Source of the DNA: Parvularia atlantis
Lineage: Eukaryota
Length of the DNA: 64,000 bases
Reading direction: 5' to 3'
NCBI GenBank assembly: GCA_943704415.1
Contig: CALSCO010001328.1
Span: 1 to 64,000, forward strand
Positions 13,748 to 26,100 of this stretch are shown here, one piece after another; position 1 is the stretch's first letter, and every line of letters begins with the position of its first letter. The notes below the pieces were generated by a model. It had not been told where the DNA came from, did no database searches, and saw nothing but the letters and a program-made list of their open reading frames with translations. The translations under genes were made by a program, and so were the position numbers.

Positions 13748-16504
13748 TCACAAACGGCGGCGGTGCGGCCGCCTCGCTGCGTGGGCGACCTCGGTGGCCG
13801 CGCCAACCTCGGCGCCGTCCCCGTCGTCGTTGCTGATCGCGGGCAGAGGCACGTGCCGGTGCCGGTCGGCGACAGCGGGCTCGCGCCGCTGCGCGGCCGG
13901 CGGCCTCTGCGGGGCGGGTGACTTCTTCGCGGCCGCGGCCCGGGGCAGCCTCCTGCGCAAGGGCGGCGGAGCAGGCTTGACCGTGCGCTTGGGCGCAGGC
14001 GCCGCCGCAGGCTTGATCGCTGGCTTGCTAGTGCGCAAGCGGGCGGGTGCAGGCTTAGGCTTGGGCGCAGGCGTGCTAATCTTGCAGGCCCGTGGCGCAA
14101 TGCTCCTTCGCTCGGGCACGCTCGCCGCTTCGCTCGTCGGAGGCAGTATTGGTGCTTGTGCGGGCGCAGGCCTAGGCTCGCTGGCAGGTGCAAGAGGCAC
14201 GGGCTCGCTTGCGGCTGCAAAAGGTGCGGGCTCGCTGGCGGTGGCAGGTGTCGGTGCAGGCTCGCTGGCAGGTGCGGACGGTGCGGGCTCTCGGGCGCGT
14301 GCCGTCGATGCGGGCTCGCTCACCATCGTTGCCTTGGTCTTCGGCGCGACTTTGGTCTTCGGTGCGGCCTTGCTCGCGATCAACTTGATCTTCGGCGCGG
14401 CCTTGCTCGCGATGGCCTTGCCCTTGCCAGCAACCGTCTTGCTCACGGTCATCTTGCCCGCGACCTTGCTTGCAACCGTCTTGCTCACAACCTTGCCCAC
14501 ACCGATCTTGCCCACGCTGATCTTGCTCGCGCTAATCTTGCCCGCGGTAGACGTCGGCTTGCGCACGGTCGCAAAGAGCGCGCGCCTAGCTGCGTCCTTG
14601 CCCACGCGCAGAGCACCGGAAGGCTTGGCCGGGCGGCCCTCGGTCTTGACCTGCGTTCGTCGTGAGCCGCGCGTGCAGGCGCTAGCAGGACACGGCAACG
14701 CACGCGCTTGGGTGGCAGGCGCTCAAAGCCGAGCGGCATCACGCGCTTGCGGCTGTCGCCGTCGCCCTTGACAACACCTGCGCGTGCAATAAAGACGTCA
14801 GCAGACACCCGCGCAGCGCTCGCCGGGTGCACGCACTGATGTGCAGGACGTTGTCGCGCACGGTCACGGTATAGTCATTCTCGCTGAAGCAGTGCAGGGG
14901 CTGTCACGCGCGCGCGCGCACCGTGAGCAGCCATGCGCGCCTCTGGCCGCCTCCGCACGAACCTCGAGCGTGCTGTTCATTGCCCGCTGCGGCCGCTTCG
15001 GCACCGGTTGGGACATCAGATGCCGCAGGACCTCGACCGTTCTGCGGCAGCGTGAGCGCGCCGCACGCAAGTCACACCGAGGCGCTGCCCGCGCGCACTT
15101 GTCGATCTCGTCGGCCACGTGGTAGTCGATCACGCCCTCCCACTCAGTCGGCGCGACCTCGGTGCGGTTGATGTAGATCACCAGCCCTCGCCCTTCGTGC
15201 GCCGACTTGGCCTGCGACGTGCTTCCGCGTCAGAGCGGCGCACCCAAGCAGCGGCTTCGCACACGCGCCAGGTCCTTGATCAGCTTGCGGCAGCCCGCAA
15301 CCTTGAGCGACGTGCCCATGACCAGCACCAGGTCCGGTTTCCTGCCGGCACGCGCAAGCACACGCGTCAAGGCCCGTGCAAGCACACGGCGCCACGCACC
15401 GCCGCACGTCGCGCGCCACAAGCGACGCAATGTCGTTGCCGTTCGGGTGGCACTCGTTGTACAGCACAACGGCCGGGCGCAGGCACCCGACGCTAGTCTC
15501 GCGCAGGCCCGAGAACTCACTGTGCGGGCGTCAGCGATGCGCGCGTCGCACACCTGGCCCAGTGCAGCGCACCGCATCGAGTTGTTGAGGTTGCAGTGCT
15601 CGCACGTCGGCCCGCGCCCGTCCGCAAAGCTCTTGACGTCGGGCAGCTGCAGCGTGCGCTGGCGCTGTGCGATGCGCCCGCGTCTGAGGCGCTGCCGAGG
15701 CGACCGCAGCGCGCCGCACGCACCTGGCACCGCGCGCAGAACAGCTGGTGCAGGCTGCCGTGCAGCAGCACGACCTTGCCTTGGTGCGGTCCGGCGTGGT
15801 TGTGGTCGACGTGCGTGAGCGCGGCCTTGGCCTCCTGCGCGCGGCCGTGAGCGTTGCGGCAGCACGCGCGCGCACGGGTGGGCGCGCACCAGCCCGTCGA
15901 TGTTCTGCGTGTACACGCGCAACAGGCGCTCGTGCTCGTCCAGCCACTTCATGAACGCGTGGGCAACGGTTGGCTGGGCCTGCTGCACCGTGCCGTAAAG
16001 GATGCTCATGAACGTGAAGAACATGGACGTGGTGCGCTCAAACTGCACCGCGCCGCGCCGCGCCACGTCAGCGGCAGGCCGCCGCGGGGCGCGCGCCGTG
16101 GGCGCACCCGGAACAGGTTCGCGTCAAACAGCTCCTGCCCGCGCGACAGCTCTGGGAAGCGCGCGTGCACCTGGTCGTAGATGCCGCCCTCAGAGCGGAA
16201 GTCGGCGATACCGGCTGTCGCAGCGTCAGATCGCCTTCCCTAACCCCCCCTTCTGCGCGCGCTCGCACACGCGCGCACCGGACGTCGAGATGCCCGCGCC
16301 CGTCACGCACACGACGCGCCGCGCGCTGGCCAGCGCGTGCGCGAGCACGTCGCGCTCGTACGCGCCGAGCGGGCCCCGCGGCGGCTTCGTGTGGTCGCCC
16401 TGCGGCGGCGCGGCACGCGGCGGTTGGCGCGGCGGCGGCAGTGGCGTGGCACGCGGCCGGCGCACCACAGCAGCGAGGTCCGCAACCGTTGCCCTGCGCA
16501 TCAT
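13748..16504 (-). CDS. Sirtuin (Hst3/Hst4-like NAD-dependent deacetylase) with long Lys/Ala/Pro-rich C-terminal tail
   Basis: TGAGISTSAGIADFRS, LLRVYTQNIDGLE, LHGSLHQLFCARC...CEHC, GCLRPAVVLYNECHPNG, LVMGTSLKV and YIN. GT-AG splicing links the core in frame to the final long exon. Confidence 0.88.
14130..14550 (-). repeat. Coding tandem repeats in the sirtuin tail: Lys-periodic pentapeptides and ASEPAP units
   Basis: KISASKISVGKIGVGKVVSKTVASKVAGKMTVSKTVAGK, then IASKAAPK twice, then about six (A)SEPAP-type units with recurring ggctcgctggc at DNA level. Confidence 0.85.
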
Positions 16505-16535
16505 GCCAAAACACCACCCCCCTCCTCCACACCGC

Positions 16536-17501
16536 TCACAACGTCTCGAGCGTGCTCGCGACGGTCTTCATCTGCCCGACAAAGTTCTGGCGGGGACCGG
16601 CGCGCGGGCGTGTCAGGCGCGTGCACCGGTTTGCGAGTGGCGCGCGCCTTGAAATCGGCCAGCGAGAGCTCAAACGGCGTCGACGAGACGGCGCCGTCGG
16701 CGTCGGCCACGTGCACGACCGCGCTGACGTAGGGCGTGTCGAGCGTGTCCTTGGTGCTGGAGCGCACGGCCATGCCCAGCGACCAATCGAGGCGGACGAG
16801 CTGCGCGGCGACGAGCGCGGCGTCGGGTGGGCCATCGCCCATCGTTGGCGCCGTCGCCTGGGGCGCGCGCGCGCGCGCCACACCTTGCCGACGTGGAACG
16901 TCTGCTGCTCGGCGAAGCTGATCAGCCCCGCGCCCTGCTCGTTCCACACGTGCTTGACGACGGGGAACACGCCCGGGGCCAGCAGCGTGTACATCTTGAG
17001 CGCGTTCACAAACTCGTCCGTCGCGAGCTTCTCCTGCGTCGCCCCGCTGCAACCACGCGCGGCGTCAGCCCTCGCTTCTCACTTCTCGCGCGCCCGCGCG
17101 GCCCCGCACCGGAAAAGGAAGACGAGCGCGTTGATCGCGCCCTGCACGGCCTCGGGCGAGTGGCGCACGTCCGCCTGCTCCAGTTTCTGCCCGCGGCGGT
17201 CAGCCACTCACCGCACGCGCGCGCCCGGGCATCGCGACCGTGCCTGCCGGTACGTCTCGGCGTTGAGCTCGGCCGCCTTGTACTGCAGGAAGCGCGCGAC
17301 GTTGGTGCACTGCGAGCGCGGCGCGTGAGCGTTCAGCCCTCGCCCACCGTGTCCGCGCACCGCCTCCAGCAGCAGGTCCTGCGGGAACGTATTGAGCACG
17401 AGTGCCGAGCCCTTGAAGCCTGCGCGCGCGCTTCAGACCATGCACGGACGTGCGCGACGCGCGCCGTCCGCACCTTGCGGCGCCGTTTGTACGAACGCCA
17501 T
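16536..17501 (-). CDS. COMMD6: COMM domain protein, COMMD6-like, with N-terminal helical domain
   Basis: GKLVRLDWSLGMAVRSSTKDTLDTPYVSAVVHVADADG...FELSLADFKNFVGQMKTVASTLETL; 6 introns, 2 with GC donors. Confidence 0.82.
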
Positions 17502-17534
17502 TGATGTTAAAAGTGCATCTGGCTGTACACAGTC

Positions 17535-20100
17535 TTAATGCTCAAGAAGTTCCTCGGGCTGCGCTGCACCAGCTGCGCCGCTGCCCACGAGCTCGTCGCC
17601 GTCGTCGCCATCGTCGCCCCACGCCGCCGTCGCGACCTGGATCTCGTCCGCCGCGGCGCGCAGCATCTCGCGCGTCTTGCGGCTGCGGAAGATCGGCTTG
17701 AGCCAGTGGTCGTCCAAGCGCTGGAACCAGCTCATGGTGCCGTCGCCGTGCCGCCGATGCCCGTGGCCGTGGCCGTCGGTACCCTCGGCCGCGTCGTCCT
17801 CGTCGGCCGCGTGCCCGTCGGCCATCAGCGGCGCCATCGCCATGCCGCTCTCGCCAAACGCCCCCTGCGACGACGACCCCGACGATCCCGCCAGGCCCGT
17901 GCTCGACGTGCTGTACTCGTCTCCGTCCTCGTCCGCCTTCAGGTCGGTCGCGGCGTCGGTCAGGTTCTGGTTGATCAGCGTCACGCGCGGCGTCTTGCGC
18001 GACCGCCAGCCCCCCGCTGCCAGCCCCGCCTCGGTCGACGCCGCCGTGCCGTCCGCAGCAGGCTCCGGCGGCCCCGTCCAGCCAAAGTGCTCGAGCAGGC
18101 GCAGCAGCGGGAACGTGCTCGCGCCAAAGAGCATGATCGAGATGAGCACGACGGCGAGGGTGGTCGTCAGCAGCAGCGTCGCGTACGGCGTCTGGTCGAC
18201 AAGGTTGACGGCGAGCGCAAAGGCGATGGCCCCGCGCAGGCCGCTGAAAAACATGATGAACTGCATCACGGGGCTGATCTTGCGTCGGCGGAACACGTTG
18301 GCTAGGGACGCGAGCGGGAACACGTTGAACGCGCGCCCGATGACGATGAACACCTGCGTGCCGACGTCAGCCCCGGTGCAGCGACCGCGGCACGCGCGCA
18401 TACCAGCCCAGAGATGATCAGCGGCACGTTGATCTCGTGGTCGAAGCCCGACACCGCCAGGCCGAGGTACACGAACACGCTCATCTCTGCAGCGCACACG
18501 CGCGCGTGACCACCGTCAGCAGCGCGCGAGCCTTGTGCACGCGCACGCACCGGCAAGCAGAGCGATCGTGCGGAAGAAGCGCTGCGCGACGATCTGCGTG
18601 ATCGGGCTCATGTTGTAGACGGAGTAGTGCGACATGACGATGCCCGCAAAGAGGATGGCCATGATGCCGCTCAGGCCCACGCCCTCGGCAGCGACAAAGG
18701 GCGCGTAGGCAAAGATGAGCACGACGGCGAGCTCGAGCGCCGGGTACATGCGGAACTTGAAGTGCTTGAGGGCCTGGCTCGCGCGTCAGGCAGGCGCACA
18801 CACCCGGCGCTCCCGCAACGCACCAGCGCAGACGCCAGCGCGATCACCGTGCCGACCAGTACGCTGCCAAAGAAGGTCACCAGGAACAGGCCGATGATCT
18901 GCCCAAACAGCTGTACCGTGAACGCCTGCCTGCTGAAGTTGAGCAAGGCGCTGCGCGCGGGTCAGCACCCGACAACGCGCTCGCGCGGCTGGCACTGCAC
19001 CGATAAAGCACGACCGCGACGGCGTCGTTCAGCACGCTCTCGCCGAACACGAGCGTGTACAGCGTCGGGTCGATCTGCAGCGCCTTGAAGATGGCCAGCG
19101 TCGCGACCGGGTCGACCGCGCTCATGAGCGCGCCAAACAGCAGGCTGCGCCCGTCAGCGACCGCCGTGCAGCGTGCGCGGCGCACGCACCACTCGAGCAC
19201 GGGCAGGTCGTAGCCGACAAACGGGATCAGTCCGACGGCGTAGATCAGCGCGCCCGACACGAGCGCCTGGATGACGGTGCCCAGCACCGCAAACAGCAGG
19301 CTCGTCGTGATGTTGTGGAAGAACGACGACTGCGGCGCCGCGAGACCGTCAGGCGGCGTGCGGGCGGGGCCGCGCGCGCCGCGCGTGCCTTCTGCAGCGA
19401 GTAGCCGCTCTCAAACATGATGGGCGGGAGCAGCAGCAGGAAGAACGACTCGGGGTTGAGCGCGAGCACCTGGCTGACCTCGTGCCCGGCCGCGTGCACG
19501 ATCAGCCCAAACAGCAGCCCTGCGCGCGTTTGCGTCACGTCGGGCACCAACACGAGCCGCGCGCGCGCACCGAGCAGGATCATGCCCACGCTCTCGGGCA
19601 GGTAGCGGAAGCGCGTGCGGTGCAGCACGTACACCACCAGGATCGACATCGTCAGCAGCGCCAGCAAGAACGTCAGCCCGCCGCTGTCGCGCTCCTCCAC
19701 CACCAGCGGCGGCTCGTCCGTCGGCGGCGGCTCGGTCGGCGGCGGCTCGGTCGGCGGCGGCTCATCCGTCGGCGGCGGCTCGGTCGGCGCGGCCGGCGTC
19801 GGCGTCGGCGTCGGTGTCTCGCTCGGCCCGGCCGTCGCCGTCACCGTGACCGTCTCGCGCGGGGCGCTCGTCAGCGTCTCGGCCACGGCCGTCGCCGCCG
19901 TCGCCGTTGTGGCGGCACCGTCGGCGGCTGTGCCACGCGCGTGCGCCACCGGGTGTCACTCCGGGTGTCTGACGGCGCGCACGCACGCACGCACCGTACG
20001 CACCGTACGCCGGCACGGCCGCCGCCTGCGGCACACCCGGCGGCACCAGCAGCGCCAGCAGCAGCAGCAGCGCGAGCAGCGATGCGGACGGCGCGCGCAT
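17535..20100 (-). CDS. Na+/H+ exchanger, CPA1 family (NHE8-like), with signal peptide and Thr/Pro-rich N-terminus
   Basis: YLPESVG, PESFFLLLLPPIMFESGYSL, FGALMSAVDPVATLAIF, VFGESVLNDAVAVVL, SGIMAILFAGIVMSHY and FSGLRGAIAFAL. Confidence 0.93.
19707..19790 (-). repeat. Tandem PPTE/PPTDE coding repeat in the NHE luminal N-terminus
   Basis: Repeated ggcggcggctcggtc-type units encoding PTEPPPTDEPPPTEPPPTEPPPTDEPP. Confidence 0.85.
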
Positions 20101-20134
20101 TGGTGCGAAAGCTGGATGACAAAAGTTCCGCAGT

Positions 20135-20167
20135 CCGTCACTCAAGCTACGTCACATTATACGTCAC
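20135..20167 (-). promoter_or_regulatory. Repeated GTGACG(TA) motif upstream of the NHE gene
   Basis: TACGTCAC at 20148-20155 and 20160-20167, plus CCGTCAC at 20135-20141, in a locally AT-rich spacer. Confidence 0.4.
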
Positions 20168-23100
20168 TCATCATCGTCGTTGTGGATAACGAAGCCCTGC
20201 ACAAAGGCGCGTGAGCGGCGGGCGGGCGCCAGGCGGGCGCGGGCGCACCGCGTGGGCATTGAAGTCGGCGTCAATCGCCTTGCAGTCTGTGGGCGTGTGC
20301 GGGGGGGGGGGCCGCGGTGAGCCAGGCAAGCGCAAGAGCGATTGCGCAAAGCGACGCACGGTGGATGGCGTACTTGAGCTTGGCCGTCATCTGCGCGGGC
20401 GAGCGCGGTCAGCAACGCGGGGGCCGCATGCGCACGCACGCACGCCCAGCGCACCTTCTCCTGCGTCTCGTATGGCGGCAGGTCGAGCTTGAAGAAGCAC
20501 GTGTGCGAGACCGGCAGCTTGGCGACCGAGACGGATCAGCGTCGCAGTCACGTCGGCACACACGGACGCGCACCTGGTTCGTCCCGCCCATCACGATCAC
20601 CTCAAAGTGGTTGATGCTCTGCTGCTGCAGCGTGCGGTCAAACTCGCTCTCGGTCGACGGCAGCTGCGCGCAGACGTCAGAAAGCGTCCAGCGAGCGCGC
20701 ACCCCACAACGCACGCTCGACCGGCCCCACACAAACGTCAGGAACAGGGACCGCTCCGCGTCCGTGAAGCTCTCAAGCGCCGCCCAGAAGTACTCACGCA
20801 GCTCGCGCGAGCCGCCCGTGAAGCACGTGCGCTTCTTCAGCAGGTTCTATGCGCGCGCTCTCGGTTTGAGCGCGCATGGCACGCGTCGTCCCGCGCACCA
20901 GATCAAACGTCGGCCGGCCGGACACGCGCAGCTCAAACTCCTGCCAGGTCATCGTCGCCTTGAACATCACGAGCGGGATCACGCTCTCCATGCCGGCCTG
21001 CATCGCAGCGATGCACGCGTCAAACTCGTGCAGGCGGTACCTGTGTGAACGTGCGAGCACAATGTGTCAGTCGCACGCGGCCGCGCAAACCAGACGGCCA
21101 ACGCACTCCTCCACGAGGCGGCACCACTCGAGGCGGTTCTCGTACGTAAGCGCAACGTTGGCCCCATCCGGCACCAGCTCAACCGCGCTCTGGCTCCCTG
21201 CGGCTCGGTCTCAGCAAAGGCGCGCCCCTCGCACACACGCCGCCGCGCGCACCGGTTGGGTGCACGGTGAACGTGAGGCCCTCGAGCGCGTCGGCCGTCG
21301 CCTCCTGCCGCACGTAGCGCAGCGTCCCCACGGTCGGTTGGTCGATCTCCTCTAGGTCGCTCAGCGTCACCGGCTGGTCGAGCAGACGCTTCCAGATCTG
21401 CGTCGCCGTCAGCGCATGCGCATGCCCGCACGGCGCGCGCACCAGCGCCGGCAGCGGCAGCCCCATCGGGCTCAGCTGCACCACGGCGATGCCCATGAGC
21501 ACGCCGAGGAACTGGAACAGGCTGTGGTGCAGCCTGCGCAGCAGCGGACACGCGTCACGACAAGGCGTCTTGCTGTGCGCGCACGCCCTTACCGCCCCGG
21601 CGCCACGTTGAGCAGCGCGTTGGGCACGAGCTTGTCGCGGTTGTTGCCCACCTGCGCCAACGCGTTCGCACACGGCGCCAGCAGCGGGACGTCCATCTCG
21701 CGCAGCTCCTGGGCGGTGCAGCGCGTCAGACGGTGCTCGCCGTCGCACGCGCCGCCACGCGCCGTGTGAATCAGCGTGAACGTCTCGCGGTACGGCCCAC
21801 CCATGTCGCTCGCGCCCTCGGCCACAAAGCTCGCGCGGAAGTAGCGGCTGTGCGCGACCTCGTCAAGCAAACGCGCGTGCTCGCAGGCGCACGCACGGCG
21901 AGTTGATCGCGCGGAACTCTATCCTGCCGAGCTGCCGGAAGCACTGCATGAAGACCGACTGCGAGCGGGCCAGCGGCAGCTTGCGCGTGATTGAATTGAT
22001 CGCCGCGGCGCGGTCGATCGTCACCTGCGGCGCAGCCACGGTCAGTGCGCCATGCGACAGCGGAGGCCGGGGCGCGGCGCGTGCCGTGTTGCCGCTGTCC
22101 GAATTGCCCGTCGGCATGCCCTCGGCGAGGACAGAGTGCAGGTGCGTCAGGACCGCCTTTGGCAGAAGAGGCTGTCGACGCGCTCCATTGAGCTCCAACG
22201 ACAGCGGATACACCAGCGGCGCGTGCACCTTGACCGTCGCAAAGGCCGCCGCGTACGACCACGGCCGATCGCCCAGGCTCAGGTCGAACGCCTGCACGAT
22301 CGGGCTGAGCATGTTGAGCGTCGCGAGCTTGGAGCGCTGCAGCGACCGTCATGCCGTGCACACGGATGGGTCGCACACCTCGCACGCACGAGGTATGCGA
22401 GGCGCCGGACGAGTTGCGGCTGCGGCACGTTTGCTAGCGCCGGCACACGGGCGCAGGTCGCCGTCGCCTCGTCGTCCCATGCTGCACGTGCGAGAGCGGC
22501 GCAGGTAGTCAGCTCATCCGTCCGTTGCCACCGCGCACGTCGGCGCGCACGCTTGGTAAGGTTGCTGAACAGCTGGTGCTGATCGCAGGCGCTCGCCAGC
22601 GCCGTATTCATCTCTTGCGTCCACGTCAACGGCTGCGACAACTGCACGGCCTGCGCCTGCACATCAGCAACCCTCCTCGCGCCTGCGCCCGCGAGCACGC
22701 ACGGACGGCGCGGCGGAATCAACGGCGGCGCCGCTGTCGTCGTCTTGCAGCGACATGTGCATCCACTGCAGGTCCAGCTGCGAGAATATTTGCGCGGCCC
22801 CGCCCTGCACGCAACGCCACAATGAGCATGCGCCCTCGCCATACTGACTCCCTGCACCGTCGCGGCGGCCGCGGGCGCCGACGGGTCGGTCACGCGACTC
22901 AGGCGGATGAACGCAAATTTGGCCTCGGCCGGCACCGTCACGGGCACCGCGCATTTGTTGGACTCGGTGCCGATGACCTCACACGTGATGTGCTGCGACG
23001 ACAGCACGACGCTGTTGGCGCTGCCGTGTGCCGTGTCGTCGTACGCCGAGGCCTGTGCGCGCGCACTCAGCAGGGCTGCAGGCCAGGCTGGCGCGCTGCA

Positions 23101-26100
23101 GCGCACCACGAGGGCCTGCGGCAGCTCGGCCACGAACGCGAGCAGCAAGTCAATCTGGTACGGTGACAGGCCAAAGCCCTGCAAACGCGAGCGTCAGGCG
23201 TGCGCGCCGTGCCTCCTCGCACGCGGCGCACCAGGCGGCCCCACTGCAGCGACAGCGACGTCTTCTTGCCACGCACAAACTCGGCCACCTCGAGCGCGAT
23301 CGGCTTGGCGTAGCCGATCATGAATGTCTGGCCGATCGCTGCGGGCAACGCGCCCAGGACGCTCTGCTGCACCGTCTCGTACGAGTCAAAGACCTTCGTC
23401 GCTGCTGAGCGCGGGCCCTGGGCGGCCATAGGCGTCACCGCCCCTGTCTCTTCCAAAACGGCTGTGTCCCCGCGCGCACCGCAGGGAGCCGCTGCAGGCC
23501 ATTGTTGGACACGGCTGCGCCGACAAAGTCGCCCGCCGGGTTACCGTCGAGATTGCTGAGGTCGTGCATGGCGAGGTACAGCGTGCGCACGCCCGACGTC
23601 GTCGTGTTGACCTTGACGCGGTTGACGAGGCGTGCCGGCTCAATCGAGTTCTGCCACGTCGGGCGCGCCTGAGCTCGGGTGCCCGTGCGCGACTGACGTG
23701 CACCTGCATCCGTTCGACCAGCAGGATCATCTCGTACGAGCGCTTGAACGCGAGGCACGGTGTGGTCTTGAACAGGTCGCGCCTGCCACGGTCGCAGCGC
23801 GGTCAGCGCACACGCTCGTGCAGCATTCCCCGCGCAGCGCACGGCGTCTGCACAAGGGCCATGTTGGACGCCGCCAGGGCTTGCGCGCGCCACATGTCAA
23901 ACACGAGCACGTCCTTGTCCGGGTGCAGCAGCCCGCCGGTCTCGAATCGCTTGACCTCGGCGTACAGGTCACACAGCCTGCGCACACGCGCGCGCACATC
24001 AGTCGCCGGCGGCGCCCCTCCTTGCCGCACCGCGCGCGCACAGTAGCTGCAGACGCGAGAGCCGCGCGGTCGACGACCGCGTCATGCCGACATGCACGCC
24101 CTCGAGCGACTCGGAGCGGAAGACGGACATTCTTGGCGACGCCGTGGCGGGCTGGCGGCATGTGTGAGTGCTCGCTGATGTGCGCGCGCGTACACTCGCC
24201 GCCGCGCACCTGCCCGAGCTCGACGGCCATGAGCGTGCGCAGCAGGAAGTCGTCCGTGACGGGGTCGATGAACACGGACGACCCCGTGAGCGTCATCGGC
24301 AGCATGATCGCGCTGCGGCCGTGCGTGCGCCGCTTAGCCGCATGTGCGCGCACAGCACTGCAGCCGCCGCGCAGACTCACCTGATCCCGCACATGTACAA
24401 ATAGCGCCAGAGCGTCAGGTCCTTGTCGACGACGCGGTCGTGCGAGTCGCGCGCGCGGAACGCCACGTCCTGCGCGCGTGAGGCAGGTGTGAGAGTTCTC
24501 ATAGCACCATGCCCTGGCGCACCAGCGGGTTCTCGATATCCGTGTTCAGCAGCGCCACCAGGTGCGGCCGCAGCGCGTCCTGCAGGCTCACTTGCGACAT
24601 CATGGTGCCGCTCGCGCGGTACTCCATCAGCTGCGCCCGAGCGCACACGTCAGCGTCTTCTTTGACCGCGCCGTCCAGCGCACCTGGCACGTCTGTACGT
24701 GGCCGGGGGTCAGCTCCAGCGGGAGCGGCGGGCCGAATGCGAGCTTTGCCTTTCGGCGAGCGTCAGTACACCTTGCACCGTGAATGTCGCATTGGACGCA
24801 CCAGGCGCTGCGGCCCGCCGACCAACTCGAGCGTGGACGACGGCGCGACCGGCACACTGTCGATCACGTGTGTCAGGATGAGCTGCAAGTAGCTGTGTGG
24901 CGGCACTCTGCGTCAGCTCGGGTCACCCGAGAGGCACGTGCACACACCGGCGTGTGATGGCCGTCTCGAGCGCGAGCGCGTGGGTGTACCCGTGCCGTCC
25001 GTCTGCCAGGAGCGACCGCAGCGTGCTGCCCGGCCACGCGTCCATGCGCTGCGCCTGCTGCGGGTTCGACGGCCTGAGCGCGGACGAGGTCAGGACCACG
25101 GCATGAGCGACGGCGCGGCGCACCACAGCGTCGGCATCGCCTGCGACGGCCCGCGGTACGGCAGCACGGGCGTCGCCGTGAGCAGTGCCTGTGCCGCGCG
25201 TGTGAGCCTGTGTTTTGCGTACGGCGGCAGATGTTGCGCACCTGGATGATGTGCGCGTCGCCGCGCGTGCCGTTGCAGTACTTGGGCAGACTCGCCGTGT
25301 CAAAGACGCGCGTGAGCGCGGTGCTCGTGTTCATCATGGTCACGCGATGAGCGCCGCGAGACGGCACAACACGGTCTGCAGGGCGCGAAATCACCGCGCC
25401 AGTTAGCAGCATGTCGGCTGGCGAGTAGCTGGTGCGCGTCGACGGCGTCGAGTCGTCGTTCAGCGGCGTCAGCAGCCCGGGCACGGCAGCGGGCGGGCGT
25501 GCCGCCGCGCCGCCAAAGCCGGGCATCGGCGAGCCGAGGCGTGACACGTTGCCGCTGCCGAATGTGGTGCCGCCTGTTGTGCCAAAGCTCGATGCGGCGC
25601 CGCTGAGCGGGCTGAGGCTCGGTGCACGGCCGCTCAGCGTGCCGAAGCTCGACAAGCCGAAGCTCGGAGCGGTGCTTGCGAGCGGTGCCGACGGCGTGCC
25701 AGCAGAGTTCACCGAGGACGGCGCGATGCTTGGGCCGGCACTGCTGTCTGGGGCCGCAGGGGCTGCTGGTGCCTGCGAGCCTATGGCAAAAGACGCTGCG
25801 CGCGACTGCGTGAGCTCAGCGGCCGAGCGCCGCCAGCAAGATACGCACGCGGCGTGCCGGTCCGCCCGAACGAGAACGAGACGGGCACGGGCGGCGTCGC
25901 TGGACCAGCCGAGCCCGCCGGCGGCGTCGCGGGCAGACGGAAGCCAAAGCTCGGGGTGCCGTCCGCGGACGCGAAGGCGGGAGGCGGCGGTGTCGCGGCC
26001 GACACCGGCGGCAAGGGGCTGGCCGCACCGAGCGTCACGCCCGGCAAGCGGAAGACGGGCGTGCCGCTCTTTGTGTCCGCAGCTGTGCGCGCGGCTGTTT

